NCBI GenBank assembly: GCA_964016885.1
Contig: OZ024741.1
Coordinates: 378,324,001 to 378,388,000, forward strand
DNA: 64,000 bases
Source of the DNA: Eledone cirrhosa
Lineage: Eukaryota
Direction of reading: 5' to 3'
The notes below the pieces were generated by a model. The model saw only the letters and a program-made list of their open reading frames with translations, did no database searches and was not told the DNA's origin. The first letter of the stretch is position 1. Every line of letters begins with the position of its first letter. Shown here in pieces: positions 1 through 14,590 of this stretch. Made by a program: the position numbers and the translations under genes.

Positions 1-552
1 CATATATGAGGGCAATCATATCAGTGTATGTGTGACCACAAATACGTATATAATATATTTTGAAAAAGAAATTGTAGACAATAGAGTTAACGTACATCCA
101 GACTCATGTATTAAGGATTGAAATATATACACAACAAGTATGATAGCACGCGTATAAACACACACACGCGCGCGACAACATGCATGCGAGTTATATATAC
201 AGGGAAGGGAGTGTATCAGTCAAAGCAGTGTCAGTCTGAAGGTTGATACATATAAAAATGAAAAAATGAAAATAATATATGAGAATAACAAAATTTAAAT
301 CAAAGAGAAAGTAAGGGGGATGGGTTAATAATTATAAAGTAACAGTAGAAAAATAGAAAACAAGCATAGGTTCGTATGTACACATATATATAAATATATA
401 TATAAATACGTACAGACAAAAGCACAGACATTCGTACATACGTACAAAGGCGCGCATACATACACACGAAGCAGACATATATATACAGGCATATGTATAT
501 CTAATCACACGCACGCACGCGACCGTATATATATATATATATATGTATACAC

Positions 553-648
<96 letters not shown>

Positions 649-3292
649 ATATATATATATATACATATACATACACACATACACACACACACGTATATAT
701 AACTATGTAAAAAACGTAGATATAAAAACACACATACACACACATGCGCACATACGAATGCGTTCCTATACATACTCAAACACGCATACACACACATGCA
801 CGCTCACACGCATAGATACAAATTAAAAACCAGCCGTATGAATAAATGAGTACCAATTATACGCAAGTAAACATACATAAAAACGGCTGAGATACAACAG
901 AATATATCTAGATTTGAAAATGCAACTGATATGTGATATCAGGTAGTGAAAGAAAATGTAGATGTAAAATGTGTGGAATTGTGAAGATATAAGGTAAGTG
1001 AATAAAAAACAGGGGGAGGGGGTCACTGGTGGATGTGAAGTAAAAATAAAGTTAAAGTTAAAAATAAAAGTAAATCAGAAAGAGAAGTCTGTAAAGAGGG
1101 TAATTTAAGGAAAGTGAAGCACAAACGTTTATGGAGGATAAGTATCTGAAAGTGAGATAAGTTTATGTGAGCTGGAACGCAAGTGTGATTTCATGTGTGG
1201 GCAACTGGTGAACATTTCTGTTTTTGCATTTAGCCAGGCTTTGGTGATTTAAGGTTCTGCAAAATCCAATATGTTTCATTTATGTAGAGTGCGCATCTTC
1301 TTGTTCCTTTTGCATATTCTTTATATTGGTTCAAAATTTACCAATCTAATATATATTGGATACCTTGGTCTTTCAAATACCATATTCTGCTAGCCAGAGC
1401 TAGTGTAAATCTTTTTTCAGGACGTCGGAAAGATACGACATGTGAGTAATAACGCGTTTTGAATTTGCCTTGTGTCATACCCACATATCGTTCGCTGGTG
1501 TCTGGTAGGTTGTTGCCGGTAGTTGTCACTTTAGCCGCATATACAATGGCTTTGGTGTTGCATTTACCTTGTAATGTGCATTCACTTTTGACTCTACAGG
1601 AACAATTTTGATGTTCTTTGGGTATTTTCTTATTGAGGATATATGATTAAATAGGTGGACCGCAGGAGTAGCTGATTTTGACACAATTTCTATTGAATAT
1701 CTTATAGTATCTATGTATTCTAGGGAAATGTTTATCTAAGAGCTCTAGGAATGTTTTGCCTACATTAGTTTTAACTGCTAAAGAGTAGGGTGGTGTGAAC
1801 CAGATTATTTATCTTTTCCTATTATTATGTTTAAAGGAGTTAGTATTGTTGGGTATGTACTTAATCGTTTCTCTAAATCCGCTATTTTGAAGGGCTTTAT
1901 TATAGAAGGGGGATGCCTTATTGAAAATAGCTTCTGAGAAAGAGAGGGTGGAGACACTATGGCTAATATTAGGGATAAAGTTTTTAAAAACTAGAGGAGG
2001 ATGGCAGGAGCCTTTATTTACATATTTTAAATTTCCATTAGGTTTATGGTACGGTTTATAAGAAGCAGTAGGCAGATCTAGGTTTATATCTAGAAAATTA
2101 ACATTGGAAAGGTTAGTGTCAATGGTAATTTTGAGATTAAAACTAGCGAAGGTTTTTATTAAGGCTTTCCTTAATCTCTCTAAGTTATGGCCTATGGTGG
2201 TATAGGAAAGTATTAGACCATCGTCGCGATAAAGCCCAAAGGTATGGTTAGGGAATTTCTCTTTAAGTGTGTGTAGGAGGAATAGGACGACTAAATCACA
2301 CACATCAGCACTGTCAAAAGAACACATTGAGACATCGAATGGGTTCTCTGAGTAAAATATTTTTACCCAAGTGTCATTATTAGTAAAAAGTAGAGTGTTT
2401 CTAGCATGCTAAATGACATTCTCTTCACTATCAGAAATATTGATAAACCTTCTGGGCGAAATTTAAGGCTTTCATTAAAAGAGGGTGAGTAATAGACGGG
2501 TAGAAGTCTACAATTTCAAATTGGGTGAATATAGAACTATTTTTATCTTTAATATTATTAAACCAATATACTACGGAAGAGCTATTTATCCATTGGAGTA
2601 ATTCAGACTTACTTCTAATATGTTTGTTTATATTATTTAATATTTTTTTGCTAGCAAGACCAATTTCAGTCTTAGCAGGATTGATTAATCGACAACTAGG
2701 GCGATTAATACAATCAGGTTTGTGATCTTTGACGGTGATATAGGCATTACGTTTAGCAAGTTTTTCTGTTCTATTGTCTATTTAAAATAAAAACTAGCTA
2801 ATTCTTTAGCTTCCTTATTTATAGTATTATAGATGTTTATATTAGCTATTTGGTATTTAGAGGTGATGTTATCTGTTAAGAGTTGGTCATGTAAGTTATT
2901 ATTAATTTCTTATAAGTTTTTAGTTTTGTCAGAGAAAATGAACTTATTTTTAGAACATTCGAATATTGAAATATCGTTAGATAGTTTAGATTGAAAAGGT
3001 TTAGAGTACTTACGGAATTTGATTTGGTTGATTAAAGTAACTAAGTCTAGTTCAAAAGCGGTCATATCTTTTACTCTTTGCGGGTATTTATGAGACTTGA
3101 TATCAAAATATTCTCTAGAGTTCGTGTTAAAGTGTCTATCGAAAATCAGAACTTTCCATCTCATTCTTTTAACAACTTTCTCTACTTTATCTATCAGCAT
3201 TTTAGTTTAGGAAGTGTTAAAATGTGTTGGGATATTCTTGATGGAGTAATCTAAATGATGTTTATACATATTCAGTATTGGTTAAAAAAGCT
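1..3292 (-). mobile_element. Penelope-like retroelement (Naiad-type), near full-length decayed RT + GIY-YIG ORF (ATG ~3269 to ~1170); 3' UTR runs off the window start
   Basis: Minus-strand translation across stops and frameshifts: N-terminal MYKHHLDYSIKNIP...LIDKVEKVVKRMRWK; RT FDVSMCSFDSADVCDLV and GLYRDDGL; linker CSCRVKSECTLQGKC; GIY-YIG IVYAAKV...YVGMTQGKFKTRYYSH; C-terminal RCALY...LNAKTE...CPH. Confidence 0.9.
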
Positions 3293-5116
3293 AACGATAT
3301 GTGGGTATGACAGGACAAATTCAAAACGCGTTATTACTCACATGTGGCATCTTTCCGACATCCTGAAAAAAGATTTGCAACAGCTCTGGCTAGCAGAATA
3401 TGGGATTTGAAAGACCAAGGTATCCGATATTAATTAGATTGGTCAATTGTTAACCAATCTAAAGAATATGCAAGAGGAACAAAAAAGATGCGCACTCTGC
3501 ATAAGTGAAACATATTGGATTTTACAGAACATCCCAAAACGTGCCTAAATGCAAAAATAGATATTTTCATCAGTTGCCGACACATGAAATCACACTTGCT
3601 TTCCAGCTCATATAAACTTAACTCACTTTCAGATACTTATCCTCCATAAACTCTTGTGCTTCACTTTCCTTAAATTATCCTCTTTTCTGACTTCTCTTTC
3701 TGATTTACTTTTATTTTTATTTTTAACTTTATTTTTACTTCACATCCACCAGTCCCCCCCCCCCCCTGCTTTTGGATTCACTTACTTTATATCTTCACAA
3801 TTCCACACATTTTACTTCACCATTTTCTTTCACTACCTGATAACGGTGGTCACTTGCGTTTTCAACTCCAGATATATTCTGTGGTCTCTCAGCCGCTTTT
3901 ATGTATGTTTACTTGCGTATAATTGGTACTCATTTATTAATACGACAGGTTTTTAATTTGTATCTATGCGTGTGAGCGTGCATGTGTCTGTATGCTTGTT
4001 TGTATATATATACGAACGCATTCGAATGTGCGCGTGTGTGTGTATATGTGTGTGTGTATGTGTGTTTTTGTATCTATGATTTTTACATACTTATATATAC
4101 GTGTGTGTGTGTATGTGTGTATGTATATGTATATATATATATAATATATATATGTATGTGTATGTAAGTGTGTATACATATATATATGGTCGCGTGCGTG
4201 CGTGTGATTAGATATACATGTGCCTGTATATATATGTCTGCTTCGTGTGTATGTATGCGCGTCTTTGTATGTATGTACGCATGTGTGTGCTCTTGTCTGT
4301 ACATATTTATATATATATTTATATATATATATATCTGTATGTACGAACCTATGTTTGTTTTTATTTTATCTAGTGTATCTTTATAATTGATAACCCCTCC
4401 CCCATACATTCTCTTTGATTAAACATTTTTTTATTCTCAAACATTTTTTCATTTTTTCATGTTTATATGTATCGACCTTCAGACTGACACTGCATTGACT
4501 GATACACTCCCTTCCCTGTATATATCACTCGCATGTATGTAGTCGCGCGTGTGTGTGTGTTTATATGCGTGCTTTCATACTTGTATGTGTATATATTTCA
4601 ATTCTTAATACCTGAGTCTGGATGTACGTTAACTCTATTGTCTTACAATTTCTTTTTCAACATATATTATATACGTATGTGTGGTCACACATACACTGAT
4701 ATGATTGCCCTCATATATGTACTTACGCACACATTTTTTCACTATACACATGCATTTGTACATACACACATATGTACATTTGTGAATGAATATACACATA
4801 TTTATACATATAACCTAGCTATATTTCCTCATTTTATTTTTATATATCTTTTGCATTACTTTTATTTATATATATATTTTGTTTGCCCGTTAAACTGTTA
4901 GCTTTCTTTAGGAGATTTTTCAAATATTTCACTATATTTTAATTGCCTTGTCCGACGAACGAATGAGGGCGTTTCTTGTATTCGTCTCTTCAGGAAACCT
5001 ATGGTAATGAGGTAATTATATTGTATGGTTTATTATACATTAAATTTAGCTCTGGTACTTACATAGAGCACTCTTCACTCCTATGACTTTTTCAATTTTC
5101 AACGGAAACTTCAATA

Positions 5117-5120
<4 letters not shown>
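3293..5120 (+). mobile_element. Inverted copy of the 3' end (pseudo-LTR) of the same Naiad-type PLE
   Basis: 3293-4719 is the reverse complement of 1-1492 (aacgatatgtgggtatgaca at 3293; gtggtcacacatacactgatatgattgccctcatatatg at 4681-4719). It continues into a hammerhead-like motif and ends at a (TA)n tract. Confidence 0.9.
4941..5017 (+). ncRNA. Type I hammerhead-like motif, CCGACGA core variant
   Basis: Stem I aattgccttgt/atgaggtaatt (11 bp with G-U); core CCGACGA; stem II acgaat/attcgt followed by an 8-nt insertion; GAAA; stem III acc-tat-ggt; GUA triplet. Confidence 0.6.
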
Positions 5121-5213
<93 letters not shown>

Positions 5214-5505
5214 GCACACACATATATATATAAATGGAATATAATGAAACGAAATTTCATTTCTCACTCTTAGTACGGCACTTACTTAAATGTAAGTATG
5301 TATGTATACCTACATACATATATGTATACAGACGTACAGTATTACGTATGTATATACATACATGCACACATATATATATGCACGTATCGGTTTACCCAAC
5401 ATTTATTATAATACTCGGTTTGTTTGTAAACAATTAAACAGCCCGAATTACGCCGTTAAGTGTTTAGGCAACCACGTCACCTTCTTCTTCAACACTGACA
5501 AAGGA

Positions 5506-5548
5506 ACGATGTACTAGTTTCAAGCTTATTAGCTATCGTCAGCATTGT
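5506..5548 (-). ncRNA. Minimal type I hammerhead ribozyme (PLE type)
   Basis: Minus strand: acaatg CTGACGA t agct aata agct t GAAA ctag TA catcgt. Canonical core, palindromic stem III ACTAGT, GUA triplet. Confidence 0.85.
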
Positions 5549-5699
5549 ATACCTTCCTGCCAGATGGTTGAACGTCTGAAAGTATATACTTGCCTTATGC
5601 ATATTAACGGCTGAGAACCCTAATTTGCATATAGAGTGAGTTCAGTCGGCCGGGTACACCGAAAACGATAAATGGAATCTACACACAGAAAAGACGCAA

Positions 5700-6255
5700 T
5701 GTTTAGACAAATCACAGAGGCAATAAACATAAAAGCATTACAACCCAAATTAAATAGAAAATATGAGTGGAACCAACATCACAACTTACAATTAAGGACA
5801 AAATGAAAACACACACACACATAGAACAAACAACCAACCGGTGACATGTAAATAAACAAATAAATAAACAAATATAAACACACACATACACCCGGATGTG
5901 GCGCATGCGCAGACTGAGCACACAACACACACACAGAAACAAAATGGCGTAGGACAGTACAAAGGAGAGGCACAAAAACAAACAAAATAATCCCCAGTCA
6001 CTGAAGAGGTCACAGAATGTGTGACGAAAGAACTTTGACAATATATAAACAACTATCTGGTTGTGGAACCAACCAACCAGAAATTCATACATTCCTAAAT
6101 TTATAAATTTATTATAATAAATTGAAGTGAAAGCAACTGGTGCGTGTGTTTCTTATTGGCAACATGACCCTCCCAAAGTATAACAATATCGGTTTCAACA
6201 CACGATTTCAGATAACGAATCTTGCTAAACAAATTCAGAAACGAAATATATATAT
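5700..6255. mobile_element. Dispersed repeat (probable PLE terminal remnant) shared with 42110-42510
   Basis: ~5840-6080 is the reverse complement of ~42115-42367; ~6110-6255 matches ~42372-42512 directly. Contains a hammerhead motif. Confidence 0.7.
5997..6039 (+). ncRNA. Minimal type I hammerhead ribozyme motif
   Basis: gtca CTGAAGA g gtcaca gaatg tgtgac GAAA gaac TT tgac. Stem I 4 bp, stem II 6 bp, weak non-palindromic stem III, CUU triplet. Confidence 0.7.
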
Positions 6256-6469
6256 ATATACATATGTAATTATGGGTTATATCGAACATTGAAAATAATA
6301 TTCCTTTCGATTGTATACAAACGGCCTCATAAAGCTGTGCTGTCCCGATGACCAATCATCATCCGTTTGTTCAACACTGGCATCAACGAACGACCAACAG
6401 GTTTCTAATTCAATACCCTTTATCACGACTGTATACCTCTCTGCCATTCTATTGAACGGTTGAAAATAT

Positions 6470-6597
6470 ATAATTGTTTCTACTTTAGGCACAAGGCCAG
6501 CAATTACCCAGTGCAGTACTGGTACTTTATTTTATAGACCACGTAAGGATGAAAGGCAAAGTCAACCTCGGCGGGATTTGAACTCAGATCGTAAAGA
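6470..6597 (-). mobile_element. tRNA-derived SINE (Meta-like core), 5'-truncated
   Basis: Reverse complement of ctgagttcaaatcccgccgaggttgactttgcctttcatccttacg...aaagtaccag...ttgctggccttgtgcc...agaaacaatt. Confidence 0.85.
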
Positions 6598-6778
6598 TTG
6601 AAAATATATAATATTGTCTTAAGTATACAGCTTTCGGGTAGCGTCATGTACATACCGAGCGAGTTATGCCCGCCCCTGCCGAAACTTAAAAATGAAATAA
6701 AAATGTTATTTCTCGCTCTACCCCAGCCGATACATAAATGTAAGCATGCATACGTACCCACCCACCCCCTCCCCCCAT

Positions 6779-6852
<74 letters not shown>

Positions 6853-6858
<6 letters not shown>

Positions 6859-7990
6859 AGATCAAAAGATGGTTAAAGGAGTTCCATATATTTTATTATG
6901 CGCATTTCAAAAACAAACATCATCAAGCAATAATATTTGTGTTTTCATCAGATAAAACAGGAGAACATGATATGAAGGCTAAAAAACACTTGTGGATAGT
7001 GCAGTTTTAAATCAACATATGAAAAGTGGTTTTAGATTGATGTGTGATATTGGGAAAAATATTTTATTTAGAGAGGGGGGGGAGGAAAGGATGAAAAGGG
7101 AAGGAGATGAGAGGGAGAGATGGGTGATAGAGAGAAAGAGATAGTTTTTATAACTGAGAGGAGATATATTTTTTTTTACATAGAGAGGTTGAAAACCGTT
7201 GGAAGATACTGCATAAATTAAAAATTTTGAAAATTAACGAAGGGAGGATATGTGCGAGGAAAAAATATTTTATTTAGGGAGGGGGGGGTAGAAAGGATGA
7301 AAAAAAAGGGGGAGGAGATGAGAGTGAAGGTGGAGAGGGAGAGATGGGTGATAGAGAGAAAGAGATAGTTTTTATAACTGAGAAAAAGATATATTGTTTT
7401 AATATAGAGAGGTTGGGAACTGTTGGAAGATAATGTATAAATTAAAGGAATTTGAAAATTAACGAAGGGAAATTATGTATGAAGATAGAGAGAAAAAAAA
7501 AATAATAATTGTGGGTGAATATTCTAACGTCAAAAGAAGAAATGTATGTATTGTGGCAATTTCAAAATTAGCGAAGAGAAAAATTGTTAAGGTTTGTGTG
7601 TAGAAGGATTTGAGAAAAATAATGTGAAGTTAAAGTTTGTATATTGATTGAATTGATATGTGCGAATAAATAGTTAATATGTATTAATAATGAGTTCGTT
7701 GATGGGGAGAAAAAAATAATAATAAATTAAGGATGAAATTGAGATTAAAAAGATTTATGATAGAGAGAAAAAATAATAATGATTGCGGATGAATATTCAA
7801 AAGTCAAAAACAAAAACAAATGTTATGATTTTACGAGAAGATAGAATGAGGGTAATGAGTAAACGAGTATTATAGAGTGTATAATGCCCTTTAAAGTAAG
7901 GTAGATGGGTATATTTTAAAGAGGTGTATGTATATGTGCCATATTCTTATCCGATATCTGCATTGCTTTATTGTACTACAATAAAACTCA
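6853..7990 (-). mobile_element. Probable PLE 3' UTR remnant between microsatellites, with an internal ~200-bp tandem duplication
   Basis: Purine-rich plus strand; ~7055-7255 is repeated at ~7262-7470; hammerhead at 6889-6959; bounded by (TA)n tracts. Confidence 0.55.
6889..6959 (-). ncRNA. Type I hammerhead ribozyme
   Basis: Minus strand: tgttttat CTGATGA aaac acaaatattatt gctt gatgatgtttgt tttt GAAA tgcgca TA ataaaata. Stem I 8 bp, stem II 12 bp with G-U, palindromic stem III ATGCGCAT, AUA triplet. Confidence 0.88.
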
Positions 7991-7998
7991 ACTCCTAC

Positions 7999-8320
<322 letters not shown>

Positions 8321-9622
8321 GTAGTTAGACATAATTCCCTTAGTATGGGAATATCATAAAATGATGATGCTGAAACAATATATTTAGATAAGTGGTATAT
8401 ACTCATAGGAAACCAAGATATCTACTGAACTTTGACTGTTTATATGAACCGCTAGAACAAGAAAAGCTTAAAAGTGTTGTAAACCCTCTATCCTTTAAGT
8501 AACGTTGCTAAGTGAATGTAGAAAGACCAGACTAATATATTTGTTTACTTTGGTGTATATCCACAAATAGAGTCTAAACAACAGTTTTCTCGCCATCTCT
8601 AGAAATTCGGCCAACAAAGTCGAGGCTCGCACATTGATTTCTCAAAGCGCTGAATTTGGTGGACTTTATTTAAATTTATGAAGGTTAAATCTCATTATAC
8701 ATTCTCTGATATATATTTTTCTTTATAAATATATTGTATCAATTAATCTAATACACTGAACCGTGTTAAACACGATCACCCTCATCCTCTTAATAAGTTA
8801 CCATGAGCGTTTTCTCAGTGGACATTTTCTCCTCAGAAAGGATTACCCCTGAATATCAAATTTCCACTCACACATTTGATTCTCAACATACACTCAAACC
8901 AACGCAGAGGGATTTTGTGAAGAAACACAAGAATACACATCAGAAACCGCATGGCATTTTCAATTTAAAAGTATGTTTTCCTCTGCCTGTGCACAACATA
9001 AGCCCCAACACGTTTGCCTCTGTTTTTATTACTCCTACCACACACGATGATTGAAACACGGAAATTAAGTTTCGTCATTTTTTAGAAAAAGGGAAGTAAA
9101 CATCGTTATTTTACAATTGCAGGTTTTCCTATTGCTTTGCCATGTATCTCTTTAAAATGAACTCAAACGCGCAAGTCTACTGAGGGATATACAATTGCTG
9201 AGCGTTCAATGCACTGCACCGTATATGCTGAGATTTGTAAAATCTTGCATCAGTAAAATCTATGAAGTAAACATATTTAACTTTGAAATGATTTGTTAAA
9301 TTTGACGATTTTCTGGGATTTTGCAGAAAAATGTTAACTAATTTTAATGATATTATTGTTATTTCAACCAATTTTACTAGTGTTTTGCTTTGTTCAATTT
9401 CGAAATATATATTTTTTTAAATACATTTCAAAGGCGCATACCTTCATAAAATGTTATAATATAATATTTCATAATCCCAAAACTATATATTACAATTAAA
9501 TATCTATCTCTTTATCTCGTTTGACTGTCTGATATATATTGTTCGCTTAGCGCAGATTTCTGATACAAGACAAAATACAATTGCTTTAGTTAAATGATTA
9601 GGATCAACGAAATCACGTGTTA

Positions 9623-9806
9623 GATTGGCCGTAGGGGTAGAGTGTCGGACATCATGCTTTGACACATAGAGTTACCGACTTTGTTATTCTGCGTTCAAAT
9701 CCTGCCGAGATTGACTTTGCCTTTCATCCTTACGGGGTCGATAAAATAAAGTACCAGGAATGCACTGGTGAATTGCTGCCCTTGTGCCAAAAGTAGAAAC
9801 AATTAT
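9623..9806 (+). mobile_element. tRNA-derived SINE (Meta-like core)
   Basis: gttcaaatcc B-box, then gcctttcatccttacggggtcgataaaataaagtaccag core and agaaacaattatt tail. Confidence 0.88.
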
Positions 9807-10272
9807 TACATATGTATTTATTGAGGTTTCCCATGATTATAATATAGTACATATCCTTCGTCTTCTATAGCAAACACAAAGATAATGCAGGCAGCCCGAA
9901 GTGAATATTCTTATTATAAATTTGGTCTAGCGATTCTAACATTTTTACTGCACACGAGGCACCTTCAGTACATGTTAATTATTGCATTATGTCAATTTAC
10001 CATATATTCGTGAAATGATTAAAATACTATAAATTTGATCCGCACATTTTTAAATATAAAACAATAGCAATATATAATTTTAATAAGCATACACTGTGAT
10101 TTAAAGCAAAATACATTGTATATATCAGCAAAAGTTCTGGACAAGTTATACAGTATACACTGTTTTCCTTTATGTATAAGAAATTCTGGTTTGGCAATTC
10201 TATAACATAATACCTTATTTAAGCCGATTACCTTCTTTATTTCAAGGTTTCCTGAATAATTCAACCTTGTTA

Positions 10273-10725
<453 letters not shown>

Positions 10726-11019
10726 ATAATATTCTACTTTTAAGTCTTTATTTTCTTAAACAAATACTATTTTTCTAGACTTTATAAGGTAATATACTCT
10801 ATTAATATAACCTTCTAGGCTTTTTCTTTTATATATATGGAGATTACTCTTTGATACAATACAACATATATTTATCTCTTTCTTCATATTATTGAAGAAA
10901 TGATAGAAAAGATTCGCAGAGAAACTTATGCGCACACACACACATATCAATATATATATATACATATACGAGCAGAAACAAAAAACACATTTTCTTAAGC
11001 AGCTTGTTTATAAATATAC

Positions 11020-11290
11020 TTAAAAACAGGATCCATTCGTTGCGTTAGTGAAAAGATGGAATCTTGCCTGCCATGGGCGAATATCCCGCCACAAGTTGGT
11101 CAAAAGCATATTTCAGAGCATATTCGAGGGAGAGCGAAAAAGAGGCAAAGAAAATCCTTGTCTATAATGAATGAGAGTTGACACGTTACAAAAACCTGAT
11201 CCTTCTACACATGACGGAGAACAGATACCAATGCTGAGAACTGAATGGAAATGGATCTAGAGAGGCATCAGTTGCAGGAGCATAAGGATG
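11020..11290 (+). mobile_element. RTE-like LINE 3' remnant
   Basis: Translates KRWNLACHGRISRHKLVKSIFQSIFEGERKRG, resembling the RTE C-terminal L-W-GH...ILQG..EG.R.RG motif. Confidence 0.6.
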
Positions 11291-11999
11291 TAGAGCGGTG
11301 GCATGAAATATATATTCATTAACCATCTCAGAATAAGTTTTAAAAAGCTAAAGTAAATGTAAAGAATTAATTTCGAAATCTTAAAATATGTTATATTTAT
11401 GTGTGTGTGTTAGCGTGTCTGTGTGTGTGTCTCAGCCGGACATAAGGAGCCTACTTCCTCAATTACTTTGGTTTTCTTTCACCCTTATTCTGAATATATC
11501 CTCTCTCATGCTCCCTGAATTTCTATTTTTCTCTATCTCATTCTGTATTCCATCTCTTTTAAATTGTTTTATGTTTTTTTAATTTTCGATGGCTTCTGTA
11601 GTTATTCATTCAAGATTTAGCTCTTCAAAAATCAATTATACATACAAATAATTAATCTCAATTCTCTCATCAAAGATTATAGAGATTTATTTCTGGGGAT
11701 ATACTTTAATTTCGTTTATTAATTTGTTGGTTTATTTTTATTATTAGATGTACGGTTAAATATCGCATCGTATACATTTTTAGATATTATTTCCAAAGTC
11801 ATTAATTATTTATGGTGATATATTCCTGAGAACAATTGATATCACATGCAGCTGACATATCTCAGTGCATGGTTTGATTGAATTTGCATTATCTTCACAG
11901 TGTGTTGTATTTCAGTCGGCGGAGGGGAAAACTCATAGTAATTAACGTTTCGAGAGTCATTTACTTTTTGTTTATAACGGATTTTCTGTCTCCACAAAA

Positions 12000-12545
12000 T
12001 TCATACAGCATCAGCAGCACTTCAAACTAATAAAACAGCAGCAAACGCAACGGCCACAGCCCAACCAGCACAATTTGTTCCTCATCATTAGGAACATTAA
12101 TACAACCACCAGCTTTAAAAAAGAGCAGTCCTACAAGCACAACTACTACTGACATCATCATCATAAACGCCAATAAGAAACCCAACTGCTCCACACTGTT
12201 CAAGATCAATAATACTCCACGAAAATCGGCACCACCATATCGTTATAGGTATCAGCATCATCTTCATGATCGTGAATATCCACATTGGGATATTTCTCAT
12301 TATTTCGTCAGTATAATTACAATCAGCATAACCATCATCAACCGAATCAAGATCATTTTGCTCAGTCTCCTCCTCATCGCCAGCAACATTATTTACAACA
12401 TCGTCATCATCGCTAGTGTCGACATCGTCGTCGATGTTGTCGTTATCATAGACATTATCGTCATTATCGTCTTCAATATCAGCAAAAACGTTTCCGTCGT
12501 TGTTACTGTGTTTGTGGACGTCACTGTTATCCTCTATGTAACATG
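12000..12545. repeat. Cryptic decayed trinucleotide (CAT/CAA/GTC) low-complexity tract
   Basis: Period-3 cat/cag/caa/gtc composition with no coherent ORF. Confidence 0.7.
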
Positions 12546-12930
12546 TATCGTTCCTAGCTGTTTAACATCTATGTTATTTCGTTGGAGCCCTCGTTTTGAT
12601 TGATCAGATTACTAATATTTGTTTTTGATATGATTTACTGTTACCAAAACGGCAATAATTGGAAATAAATCTCCAAAAAGGATGAAAGAAAATCTGAATC
12701 ATTAATAATAATGATTAGCAACACAAAAATGTTCTTCATTTGAAATTCTATAAATGATATTTTCCTCTTGTCTTACCCTTGTAGTGAAATGCAACAAGCG
12801 CATTAAAATATCAGAAAATATTTGGTTTTGGATATTATTACATGTGCTTAAATCTTGAGTAATTACATATACGAACGCACAGTGAAACACACGCACACAA
12901 ACACATACACGCACATACCAACACACACAC

Positions 12931-13038
<108 letters not shown>

Positions 13039-13096
13039 GGTTTGCTTTGTAACTGTTGTATTTAGTAACACAAATAAAATAAGATAATTGATTAAT

Positions 13097-13210
13097 AATT
13101 GTTTATACGTTTAGCACAAGGCCAGCAATTACCCAGTACATTACGGGTACTTTATTTTATCGACCCCGTAAGGATGAAAGGCAAGGTTGTTCTCGGCGGA
13201 ATTTGAACTG
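13097..13210 (-). mobile_element. SINE fragment (Meta-like core)
   Basis: gcacaaggccagcaattacccag...tcgaccccgtaaggatgaaaggcaa...gatttgaact. Confidence 0.8.
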
Positions 13211-14377
13211 ATTAATAATATTATGTGTTTTGTATGTGTTCGTTGTTAAACATCTTTACATTTAAGGAATTGCATATTTAGCTTAATGTGATTATACTAC
13301 ATATTAGTTATATGTATATAGTGTTTATATTCTTCCCATCTCTAGTAGTTTCAACAATAGTTAATACCATGATGGATTTCTTACTTCTAATTAAATTTAT
13401 ACATGTATCATACATATAGTATCATATATGAATATATGTTTCTGATATAAATATAATAAACGTTTACAATATTTCAATGGAAAGAATATAATTCACAGAG
13501 TGTATTGTCTTACGATATTGTACATGATGGCATGAAAATATTTGAAATAAACTCAATAAAAGCGTGCTCAGCATTACTTCATGTCTTAATGCTGCACGAC
13601 TCTTAATTAGTGATGATCTTGGTAAATAATTATGTACTTAAGTGTGCATACATTCTAATTTACAAGACGCCTTTCACTGCAGTGCAAACAGAAAGTTTTC
13701 ACTTGGTTCCCTTCAGCTTTCGCAGGAGTCAAGATTTCTTTTGAAAAAAGATGTGACAATGCAAAACAAATTACGGTAATTACAAGCATATGATTTCAAA
13801 AGCAAAAGATGTATGGATACGCATGTTAAGTTTATATTGATTTAGAATAAGTGAAAACAAATAAAATTTCGATTGCAGCTATTAAATGGCTTACAAACTT
13901 TCATTAATATGAACAATATATTTTAAAATTCTTAACGTAAAAACTATAAGCCTGCAAATAAACAAACATAATTGTGACGCCTATCTATTACAACTATCAC
14001 TTTAAAACCTGGTTGTAAATAGTGTTATAGACGGGAAAGTTATCTCGATTGAAATCATTCTGCACTGTGTCTAGATGGACGTCACTGTTATGTTCCAATA
14101 TGAAACAAGAGAGTCGATAAACAATTTATGTTCATACAAAAAGAGATGCAAGTTGAATGAGAAGAGATTGTGATGTATATCTGGTAAAGTTAATGGGAAA
14201 ATGAATACAGGAAAACATTGAATATATTCTGATGCTGCATAATTGTGCTAAACACAATCCTTGCTGTGATTGTGACTAACTTTCTAATAAAGTAAGCAAT
14301 GAATCACGTCATATTCTGCCTGTCTGATTGCTATTTCTAGCATTTCTTTTGGCACCATTTTAGCATGAAAGTGTTAC

Positions 14378-14590
14378 ACTGGGATAATTGCTGGCCTTGT
14401 GCAAACAGTAGAAACAATTATTATAAATTATAAAGGGGCGTCAGACACCATCCTTTGCAGCATGCCCTTTACGCTCTGAGTTCAAATCCCGTAGGAGATA
14501 AATTTGCATTTCATGCTTACGGGGTTGATAATATAAAGCACTAGTAATGCACTGGGTAATTGCTTTCCTTGTGCCAAAACAAGTTATTAT
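14378..14590 (+). mobile_element. Two SINE fragments in tandem
   Basis: A SINE 3' tail (ttgctggccttgtgc...agaaacaatt) followed by a second copy with gagttcaaatccc and the core. Confidence 0.75.

Noticed and set aside
332-797. Many 60-190 aa ORFs rich in YI, CV, HT, RE or SL (here and throughout the window)
   Set aside because: They are translations of dinucleotide microsatellites.
1170-1610. Selenocysteine (UGA) recoding as reported for some Naiad PLEs
   Set aside because: The Cys positions of the linker and C-terminal motifs use TGC/TGT here and in the 46000 and 51830 copies. I saw no in-frame TGA at those sites and no convincing SECIS.
10019-10264. Further Cys-loop fragment (LEIKKVIGL...)
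   Set aside because: Too few landmarks to support.
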